From the NCBI GenBank assembly GCA_001662655.1, contig KV460206.1: a stretch of 64,000 nt of DNA. One strand, 5' to 3'. The notes below the pieces were generated by a model. The model ran no database searches. It was not told the DNA's origin and worked only from the letters and a program-made list of their open reading frames with translations. Positions within the stretch are counted from its first letter, which is position 1; every line of letters starts with the position of its first letter. Both the position numbers and the translations under genes were made by a program. Shown one piece after another: positions 23,373-32,555 of the stretch. Origin of the DNA: Pseudogymnoascus verrucosus. Its lineage: Eukaryota.

Positions 23373-25460
23373 ATGTACTCTACCTACTGTGCTAAATGTA
23401 GAGAGTTCGACGTTATCTCCCTCATCAACGGAGACTTCAAACATTATCCAAGCTTGGCAGTGCTGAAGTCATCAGCAGAAGATCAAAATTGTCCCCTATG
23501 CAATCTAATATGGGCGAGTCTCACTCGGCGAGATATTTATAGCCAGATTGAGAAAGCACTTGATAACCCTCGCAGCCAGATTAAGATTTACGGGCGTAGT
23601 GTCCAGGATACCCGGGATCCCCAAGCAAAGAAAGGGGGCTTTTATTCTGTGTTTGTTTCTTCCAAAATTGATACAAAACCTCCATCAGTGGTGAGTGGCG
23701 AGTTGGCTTTGTTTCTCGGGAGAGGTGTGTTATGCTCTTATTTTCTGAAGACGCTTTATCTGCTTCTATAATCGAAACCCGTCTAAATGGACATAGATCA
23801 AACAAATACGTCAAACGTCGTGGCTGGGAGACAAGTGTTAAGAGATTCTGCACTACCTGAAAACATTCAGTTGATGAATACGTGGATAAATGAATGTTTG
23901 CCTAGTCATCCTGAATGCCAATATTTTGACGACAGGTTGCTTCCAACAAGAGTAATCAACGTTGCTACAGATGGTCAAGATCCTTACTTAGAAGTATCCC
24001 ATGGACGCAAAGGCCGCTATGTAGCGCTCTCATACTGCTGGGGTACCACCACCGCACCTTTTACAACAACCGTCGACACTCTCCCCGAACGACTCCAAGG
24101 AATTCCGTTAGCTAGCCTACCCAAGACACTTCTCGATGCGGTAGTGGTGACACGCGCACTTGGAGTAAGGTATCTTTGGATAGATGCCCTCTGCATTCTT
24201 CAAGCCCGATGGGAAGATGACCAGGAGCATATTGCGGACTGGCAGATCGAAGGCGCCAACATGGGTAATGTCTATTCAAATGCTTGGCTAACCATTGCTG
24301 CCGCATCAGCTGGCGATAAAGGAGATGGATTGTTCTTGCCAAGAAACTTGAAGGAAAGGAAATATAAAGTTCCAATAAAAGCAGGCGACAAGGAGATAGA
24401 TTTCGCATACCTCAAGCTTATTTCATACAATTCCCCGCTAGAACTTGATAAGCGTGCCTGGACTTTTCAGGAGTGGATTCTCTCATCGAGAATACTTGGT
24501 TTCACTACGGAACAAATAAAATATCACTGCAGAACTTGTGAGGTCTGGGAGGATGGGCAATACCAGAGAAACGGCCAGGATTTAAGGCAAATCTTAACAA
24601 CACCAAAATCGCCAGAAGAAAGTGGAAACGGGCCAAGGCAGCTGGGATTATTAAATGCGTGGTACGAATGTCTTGCAGACTTTTCAGAACGCAATATCAG
24701 TTTCATGCGCGACCGACTCCCTGCTATAAGCGGCTTAGTCCAATTACTACGACAGCAGCTCCCTGGAGAATATTATGCGGGTGTTTGGAAAATTGACATC
24801 CACCGAGGTCTCCTCTGGCGATCTGACCAAAAAGTGCATTTTGGACGGCATCTAGGGCCATCGTGGTCGTGGGCGTCTCGGGCAGGACGTATATCGCTCC
24901 CATTTAGTCCTACCTATAGCGAGGACTACGAATGCTCAATGGAAGAGTATGAGGAGTGGCTAGGGCAGAAAAGGGATTTTAGAACAGCAATCCTCGAGGT
25001 GGAAATGCAATATGCCGCACCGAAATACGAAAGTACTGGAATTGTGGAACATGGCATTTTAAGGGTAAGTGGCCCAACGAGAGAGTCTTGGGTGGCGATG
25101 GCCGATGATATTAGGGGGGAAGGCTCTGGTTGGTATGAGTACTTGGAGAGGAAATACTACGACTCGTCAGGTATAGATACGGGAACGGTCCTAGATCTCA
25201 TATCAGGCTCTGCTTTGCTTCTTTTCGATGCAAACGAGACACAGGATAACACTCTCGAGAAGGTTGTAGGTATAGGATACTTCGATGATGGTGGAAAGGA
25301 TGTCGGGAGCGCTATTTGTCTACTTTTGACAGAGTCCGAAGGTTTGCTGCTTAAAAATCGCAAGGATAACAGGGAACAATTTGAGAGAATTGGCATCTTC
25401 TCTGTTTATGAAGATGCCTGGTTTGAAACATGTGAGGCTCGGGACTTATCAATTATATAA
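23373..25460 (+). CDS. HET-domain (heterokaryon incompatibility) protein; intron 23725-23796
   Basis: LPTRVI, YVALSYCWG, LPKTLLDAV...LGVRYLWIDALCILQ, MGNVYSNAWLTIAA, RAWTFQE..LS.R, DRLPAISG, Y.AG.W, PSWSWAS. Confidence 0.92.
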
Positions 25461-25650
25461 TTGATCATTATGTCTAATGAAAGAGCCTGGGATCTTATTT
25501 TCAGTCCCTTGCAATCCGAGTACCATATGTATACGCCATTATAGAGAATATTCACCCTTCCATTTCCCTTCGCAAGAAACCTCTGTGAAATCTACCCGTT
25601 AGATCTCAGCGTTATATCTGTCTTTATAGTATTTCCAAACCTCATCACGT

Positions 25651-25706
25651 TCACCCTCGCTCACCCTCGCTCACCCTTGCTCGGTCACCCGCTCACCCGC
25701 TCACCC
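25651..25706 (+). repeat. Short tandem GCTCACCC/TCACCCTCGC repeats upstream of 5S copy 2
   Basis: Six TCACCC cores in 56 bp. Confidence 0.75.
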
Positions 25707-25765
25707 GGTGATCCCCCTCCCTCACTTTCAATGCGTATATGTACTTCTGTATGCGAGTAATCGTC

Positions 25766-25884
25766 ACATACGACCATAGACTCAAGAGAATTGGGCATCC
25801 CGTCCGCTCTGCCATACACAAGCTTGAGATCGGTGGATTAGTAGTTGGGTGGGTGACCACCAGCGAATACGCACTGTTGTATGT
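25766..25884 (+). rRNA. rrn5: 5S rRNA gene, full length (copy 2; C106G variant)
   Basis: Identical to copy 1 except G at 25871; followed by an expanded T-rich terminator tract (25885-25954). Confidence 0.95.
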
Positions 25885-25954
25885 TTTTGTTATTTTATTT
25901 TTTGTTATTTTATTTTTTGTTATTTTTTGTTATTTTATTTTATTTTATTTTATT

Positions 25955-26165
25955 GTCGTTCTGATATGAGGGTTGCCGGCGTGATATTAGTCGAAATGGT
26001 CGCGCTGGCCACAAGTTGGAAGGGAGTTTGATATTTAAATTGAAGTCAGTAGAAGTTGTATTTTTAGCTCTGTCTATCTCTCGAAAGCCAACTCCATTGA
26101 AGCTTTGAAGAATATGCCTATTATACTGTGATCTGCCCCTATATCCAACGGGATATTTAAACCGC
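25955..26165 (+). repeat. 5S-associated spacer copy S2
   Basis: GTTCTGATATG.GGGTTG...GGCGTGAT.TTAGTCGAAATGGTCGCGC.GG.CACAAGTTGG shared with 29760ff; distal half shared with 19600-19765. Confidence 0.85.
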
Positions 26166-26545
26166 GACGGCGACCAACCAACAGCCACACTCCTCACCAA
26201 ACTCGCTCCATTTCCTGCAAAGATAATATGGGATATCTTTACCGTACAATAGCAGTCAGATGTTCGCCGTTTGCATAGACTGCCCAGAGCATCGTCGTAC
26301 TGGCTGGTTTATCACTTCTCACCACCATCACCTCGTCTCACCGCCATCCCTTCCCCCCATCAACCTTCCACCACCACCCCCCTTTTTTACCACGTATGCC
26401 CCTATCACCGCTAAGAATCTCACGTTAGTGGAAGCTTTATAGCTCACCACCTCTAAAATCGAATTGTGCTTCGTATCCTCCCTCTTAAAGTTGCAATTTT
26501 TAGCCTATTAAACAAGCGACTAACTATAGTGCTATTAATCATCCC

Positions 26546-27683
26546 CTAAGCTGGTGGGGTAGTATCAAGACCAACCACTGAGAAATTGAAGGCATCATTC
26601 CTAGACGGGATCAGTCCGAGCTCACATGCATCATCAACAACCACATACCTTGAGTAGCTTCCCGCAACATCCATGTCAAGTCTCCCCCTCTCACAATCAT
26701 CCATATCAACCTCGGTGCTAATCAACCCACCATCCTCAACCTCCCACAACGGCTCAACAAGAACAGTGCCGTTGGAATTAACAATGCAGGATCCGCCACG
26801 AGAGACGAAGTCGTCGCCCTTGGAGACGTCGCCCTTGACCCATGCGGGCAAATGGCTCTTTCGCTGGCACTGGTTGGCTGAGACAACTACACACCTACCC
26901 TCGCAAGCAATCATGCGCATAGCGCTCAACCATGTGTCACGGGCATCGGCCGTTGGCGCCAAAAACAGATTGACGTTCTGGTTGTACAGACTTTGTCTGA
27001 GGAGCGGCATGTAGTTCTCCCAGCAAATAGCAGCAGCCATGATAATCTTAGTACCGCGAATCTCCGTGGTAACAGCTCTCAGCGAGGAAGCCGCTCCCTG
27101 GCCCCAAACAAGTCTCTCGCTGCCCGTCTGTTCCCCACCTCCATCAGCTCTCGCTTGTCATGTGATATTACCAAAAGAAAGAGTGGTGGCAACATCCAAT
27201 ACATACCGGCATCAACTTCCTCCTCTTCCCCAAAGCGCCATGCACAGGATCCACGTATATAGCACCACAGTACAAGGTTCCCCCACACCTCTCAATTAGT
27301 CCCACAACGAGGAAAACGCCCGTCTGCTTCGAAATCCTCTCCAGCTCCTCTCTCGTCCCATCACCTCTCACGCCCCCATTCTTCGGCGCAGGCAAAGATT
27401 TCTCAACCCAAGCGTCGCCAGCTCCCTCAGGGGTATCCCCCAAATCAACCGCTGCGCGGAAGTACTGGAGGAACTGCTCACGGCCGGCGTCGGAACGTGA
27501 GCCGATCACGGCGCCGAAGTCACAGCCTCGCGGATAGCCGCCTAAGTAAGCTTCGGGGAAGAGCAGGACATCGATGTTTTGCGCTGCTGCTTTCTTGGTG
27601 ATTTCCTCGAGGTCGGTTAGAGTTTCGGTGAGGGTGTTTAGAGTGCGCGCTTGAGCGGCGCCGACTTTGATGACGGATGGCAT
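26546..27683 (-). CDS. Nitrilase (carbon-nitrogen hydrolase, NIT1-like); introns 27128-27206 and 26601-26648
   Basis: Catalytic E-K-C triad: [55 protein letters not shown]. Confidence 0.92.
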
Positions 27684-28022
27684 TTTGAGGTTAAAGAGAG
27701 ACCAGCGAATCAATATTATTAATTAGGACAGGCTTGAAAATGGTAGATTTGTGGTTTTTGACTTTTGCTACAAGAGGATATGGGAGCAGATGTCGTCTCT
27801 AAAAGAAGTCCCATTGGTATAAATTAGATGGCCATCGTAGGATTTGGGTTGACCTAATTAACGTTCATGGTATGCAAGGTCCGAGCCTACCGAATAACGT
27901 AATACAAAAAATGTGAATCCACACCGGTGCGCGTATAGCAATTTATTTACTTGACATTAGGTTTAGTTTTAAGGGGTTTAAGGGAGTTAAGGGATTTAAG
28001 TTAACCTCTTTAATACAAGGCT

Positions 28023-28100
28023 TAGACCGGCACTTAGACACGGGAGAACATTTACTTAAACATTTACTTAAATGGTCTCCCGTGTCTAAGTGCCGGTCTA
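28023..28100. mobile_element. 78-bp hairpin / MITE-like element with perfect 25-bp inverted arms and TA at both ends
   Basis: TAGACCGGCACTTAGACACGGGAGA (28023-28047) is the exact reverse complement of 28076-28100; 6 further pairs follow one mismatch; the centre is a duplicated ACATTTACTTAA. Confidence 0.6.
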
Positions 28101-28262
28101 TCAGAAATATATAGCTAATGACGAATGAGAATTTTGTATCACACGTCATTCTACTCCGTTCATCTATAAAGACTCCGAAGTTCCCATCACAATCCTAGGA
28201 ACAACGCGTGCTTGTCATTTAGTATTGTCTATTTCTCTTCAAAAGCGACCCCGAAATCAATT

Positions 28263-29097
28263 ATGGTAGCACACGCAGAACAAAGGCCAACCGTGGTTCT
28301 TGTACCCGGTGCTTGGCAGAGATCTTGTGTTTTCGATGTAGTACAAGACAAGCTCCAACTTCTAGGATATCCGACTGTTCTAGTAGACCATCTGTCGACA
28401 GGAGCTGAGCCACCAACGATAGAGCTTCCAGATGACGTTGATAATTTGCATAAAGTCCTCCAGCAATTGGTTGACGAAGAGAGAGATATAGTTGTTGTTG
28501 CGCACTCGTACGGCGGCGTCGTTGCCTCTTGTGCAGTGGAAGGTCTTGATGTACCCACACTCCAGAAGGCCGGCAAAACAGGCGGCGTCATAATGTTGGC
28601 ATACTTGAGTGCATTCGTACTTCCCAAAGGCGCATCACTGATGGATGGCCTTCATGGTCAATGGTTGCCGTGGCAAAAAGTAGAGGTTTGTGGCAGCACA
28701 TGGCTGATAAAATGACAAAAGTCACTAATTGCATTTTATTTTTTGATTTTAGGGAGACTACTGTGGCACCACCAACGAAGCCGACGTGTTTTACAACGAC
28801 TTATCCGTCGCTGAGCAGAAAAAGTGGACTGCAACCATGACACATATGCCAGTCGCTGTGTTCAAGTCCAGCTGCACATACGAACCATGGCATGCCATGC
28901 CATGCATGTACGTTTTTTGCACGAACGATAACGCGATTCCTTTGGCCATGCAAACAGGCATGGCCGATCAAATGGGCAGTATCACAACATATTCAATTCA
29001 GTCCTCACATTCACCATTTCTCAGCTCGCCAGATGATGTAATTAAAGCAGTTGAGTTGGCGGCTAGGACTGGTGAAGAGAAGAAGTCTTTGATGTAA
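28263..29097 (+). CDS. Alpha/beta hydrolase (Abhydrolase_6, methylesterase-like); intron 28686-28752
   Basis: VLVPGAW oxyanion motif, AHSYGG nucleophile elbow, D in CTNDNAIP, H in SSHSPFLS. Confidence 0.9.
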
Positions 29098-29672
29098 ATG
29101 AAAGGGAAATTAGACACTCGCAACAAAATATGAGGCCTTTTTATGCTGCGGTTCTAGTGTGATCATCCATTTAACAAGCATGTCAAAAGTACTCGAATCT
29201 CCCTAGACAACTACTCTGACCTTGTTCCATGGTCTTGGTCGTGACTTTACTTATCCTCAAGTGCACGACAGGGAGCGTAATTCTGATCGTGCAGCTCCTA
29301 GCACCCTATGAGAGCGCAGTCTACCATCTACAATATTCACCTACATTGAAGGACTTACTATCAGGCGGAAAACTTTCTACATAGAAGGACGTGCTGTTCT
29401 TGTACAGTCAACAGGCTTCTTCAAGCAGAGAACATCTGCTCTACAGGATGCAGTAAGCCAAATTGAACAACGTTCTCTCTCTAGGGCTACTAGTTCCAAG
29501 CACGCGGACGCAGGGGGGGTATTCCAAGAGTACGGTGAATATTGGGTGGATCCGTGGATACGCAGCTCCACAATTTAATGAGGGCGCGAGTCTTGATCAA
29601 CACGGGCCGAACCAAGTGGAGGCTCACCCACTAGGCCGGATGGCAACCGATTTAAGTATTATCTAGATACTT

Positions 29673-29735
29673 GCTTGATATCGGTGGATTAGTAGTTGGG
29701 TGGGAGACCACCAGCGAATACCCACTGTTGTATGT
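29673..29735 (+). pseudogene. 5'-truncated 5S rRNA fragment (nt 57-119)
   Basis: 61/63 identical to copy 1 positions 19840-19902; oligo-T follows; 5' half absent. Confidence 0.92.
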
Positions 29736-29759
29736 TTTTGACCATTTTATTTATATTTT

Positions 29760-29975
29760 TGACGTTCTGATATGGGGGGTTGCTGTCGAGGATGCGGGAT
29801 GGGCGTGATCTTAGTCGAAATGGTCGCGCCGGACACAAGTTGGTGGAGATTTGATATTGAAAATTGAGCAAGTAACAGTTGTATCTTTGGTTCTATCTAT
29901 TTTTGGGGAGCCGACTCCTCCTAGGCTTCGAAGAGATATAATAATATGCCCATCGAACTGTGATGCGCCCCTATG
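29760..29975 (+). repeat. 5S-associated spacer copy S3
   Basis: Homologous to S2 and S0 up to GCGCCCCTAT. Confidence 0.85.
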
Positions 29976-30784
29976 TTTGACTAGGCTTCCTCCTTCTCTG
30001 GACTTACATCGCAGAAAAGCTCTCTATACGAAGGTCTTACTCGGGACTTCTGTATCCGTTGACAACAATATTTCGTATATACCTCTGATAGCCAATATAC
30101 AATGGCCATTCGACAATATAGGACTTATAGTACGGAAGTTGACCGTGTCCGTCCTGTGAATATAACACCTCTTCACTTCTTGATACTATATCACCTTTCT
30201 CTACACCCGCACCCTATCAATTGGCCATGTTTGATCATTGGCAACTAGTTAACATAGGCCGTCTCCTTCCACGCCGTGGCCGTGGACGCGATGTCATTCC
30301 TATGCCAGCGCAGCAATATAGCTTCTCACCACCAGCACTTATCACCACTTGCCTTCCCCTCCCCCCGCGTTGTAGGGCCTATGGGAGAAATATATGCGCG
30401 AACCTCTGTTTTGTTCAGCCTTCGGCTGGAGTTCAGGCGTGAGAGAGCAGATGTGATAGCACCTATGCGTGGTTATTGTGACCATGACTGTTTCCCGGCA
30501 ACCAGCGTTAACAGCCGACCGGCGGTGCTAGGTATTTTAATATACGCTTTCCTCATTGGAACCAAAATAATCAAGTAATGAGAAGACCTTCTTCGGCCTA
30601 AGTTGCGGCATTAAAAAGACAATGACAACGAAGGCTGTTGGTTGGTTGTTCATGACGAACAACGTCAGGAACTGCTCGTCAATAACCCATCACACGAACT
30701 AGAATGAATCATTAACCCCAGACTTCTCACCGATAACCCCTCAATTAAACTAGATTATGGCGGGGCTTCCCCGAGTTCTCCATG

Positions 30785-30900
30785 TCCGGGGTAAGTGACC
30801 CCAGACTTTTTATTGGTAACCCCATTTCCGGGGGAAGTGACCCCAGACTTCTCATTAATAACCTTATTTCCGGGGGAAGTACACCCGACGTTGGGGGAAG
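30785..30900 (+). repeat. 42-bp tandem repeat (about 2.3 units plus a partial)
   Basis: TCCGGGGGAAGTGACCCCAGACTT-like units start at 30785, 30827 and 30869. Confidence 0.8.
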
Positions 30901-31141
30901 GACCTCCGTACTCCACAGGTAATTACATGTAGAATGATATGATACCCCTAAGACCAGATTCCCACGAGTCTGCACAATCTATATAAAGCGACGTATTCGT
31001 CGCTATTTATTTTGTAGAGATCAAGCCTTCAATTACCTCACAGAACGATCAACTTACCTCGAAGTGAACATTATCCACCCGACACTTTCAAGCAATCCAC
31101 TCACAGGCACAGAGGTGATCGGCAACAACCTAACAGCCACA

Positions 31142-31993
31142 ATGAAACCAACTCAGATCATTTCTGCTATAACATTCTCGGCGCTCGCAGCGTCTGTCTC
31201 CGCAAAGACGGAATTTCATGCCAACTACGAAGATGGCACCCTAAGCTCTGGACACCCGACGACAGGCCCCTTCCGAATTTGGATTCCTGGAATCGAGCCA
31301 GGCCTCGCCGTGGCCAAGGACGCCTGTTACATGGTGAAGGGTGGCGCGCACAACACGAAATGGGCCGTCGCGAACAAGGTGACCTTGGACGACCCGGCGT
31401 ACATCGGCGGCAATTTCCCTCGCAGCGAATTCGGCTTCGGGGGCCCAAGAGGCACCTCCTACCATTCGGGTGACCGCGGCGCATACAGCTTCAGCATGCA
31501 GTTTCCGGATCTCGTGCCCTCCGTGAAGGGAGATCGCCCGGCGCCTATGGAGGACGTGGTCTGGCAGTTCAAGCATCACGACGGCGGTCACGATATCCAT
31601 CTCGCGCTCGTGGGTGTCAATCTTGTGCTCGGCTGGGGCGGGAATGTCTATAAGCAAGTCATCATCGACGATGTCATGCCGTATGTAAATAAGTGGATGG
31701 ATTTTCACTTCGAGGTACTCTGGAAGAACGACACCACGGGCTGGTTCACTCTAGACATGAAACTGCCCGGAGAACGCAGATTCGGGCACAAAATCAAGAA
31801 GAAGGGTATTCAAACGTTCGTGACCGCCAGTCCCGATGGCACGCTGTGGGGAGATCATGGCATGATCCAGTACGGAGTGTATCGCCATTCGGCTAATTCT
31901 TCAGCTGGCGACACAAAGACGCTCATCATCTGGCACGATGAGGTCACGGCGATCAACTTCAGCCAGCCGCCCGACCAGATGCCGCCCGTCTAG
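31142..31993 (+). CDS. Secreted polysaccharide lyase-like beta-jelly-roll protein (Polysacc_lyase PF14099-like), intronless
   Basis: Signal peptide MKPTQIISAITFSALAASVSA; motifs PRSE, YSFS, WQFK, NKW.DF...V.W...TGWF, QYGVYR and IWHDEV in the order expected for this fold; TATA (CTATATAAAG) near 30980. Confidence 0.75.
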   Translation: MKPTQIISAITFSALAASVSAKTEFHANYEDGTLSSGHPTTGPFRIWIPGIEPGLAVAKDACYMVKGGAHNTKWAVANKVTLDDPAYIGGNFPRSEFGFGGPRGTSYHSGDRGAYSFSMQFPDLVPSVKGDRPAPMEDVVWQFKHHDGGHDIHLALVGVNLVLGWGGNVYKQVIIDDVMPYVNKWMDFHFEVLWKNDTTGWFTLDMKLPGERRFGHKIKKKGIQTFVTASPDGTLWGDHGMIQYGVYRHSANSSAGDTKTLIIWHDEVTAINFSQPPDQMPPV

Positions 31994-32434
31994 TAGGGCA
32001 TGCATCGCTGCAACGGCGGACCAGGGCGCTCTCGAAGCAAAGCTCGCACTTTGCTCACTACGGCCAGCTAAAGATTTGCCCATCTTGGGAGCTGGCGACT
32101 CTGTTTCTGGCTTCCATAGGGGGGTGGGGGCATTGTTAGAGTGTCACATGAGGAAAAGGGGTAACCGCCGCTGAAGGCACAGGCACCAACAGGCACAGGC
32201 TGATGCCTGCTGTCTTTGTTAGGAGGATTTCTTTATTTTGCATTGGTTCTTTATTTTTTTGTCGTGCGGTTAGAACTAGAACATGCAGGAAACCGCGTGG
32301 AGGACGACTGCCAATTATAGTATAAGTCAGGGCCTTCTGCTCCGACTTCATGTTGCCTCCTTAGCATTATTCAATCATCGTTTTTACACCCAACCTGGTG
32401 TTACCTCATTTGTAACCATTCCGTCATTCTGACA

Positions 32435-32467
32435 GGTGACTACTAGCAAATACCTACTGTTGTGTGT
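32435..32467 (+). pseudogene. Degenerate 3' 5S fragment (nt 87-119)
   Basis: GGTGACTACTAGCAAATACCTACTGTTGTGTGT is 28/33 identical to the 5S 3' end; followed by a T-run and the same spacer. Confidence 0.8.
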
Positions 32468-32487
32468 TTTTGCTGTTTTATTTATTT

Positions 32488-32555
32488 TGACGTGCTGATA
32501 TGGGTGTTGCTGCTGGGCATGCGGGATGGGCGTGATTTTGGGTTGGAATGGTCAT
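32488..32555 (+). repeat. 5S-associated spacer copy S4 (proximal part only)
   Basis: TGACGTGCTGATATGGGTGTTGCTG...ATGCGGGATGGGCGTGAT...AATGGTC matches 29760-29825. Confidence 0.8.

Noticed and set aside
27957..28005. Interstitial telomeric repeats
   Set aside because: TTAAGGG-like words are irregular, with no perfect TTAGGG tandem.
30785..30900. CRISPR-like array or LRR-coding ORF (30745-30975 minus)
   Set aside because: Units are simple tandem copies without unique spacers, the context is eukaryotic, and the 14-aa periodicity is shorter than an LRR and follows from the DNA repeat.
19551..32555. Complete autonomous Starship element
   Set aside because: No DUF3435 tyrosine recombinase captain is recognisable at any boundary and the blocks are small; derelict or non-autonomous status cannot be excluded without an HMM search.
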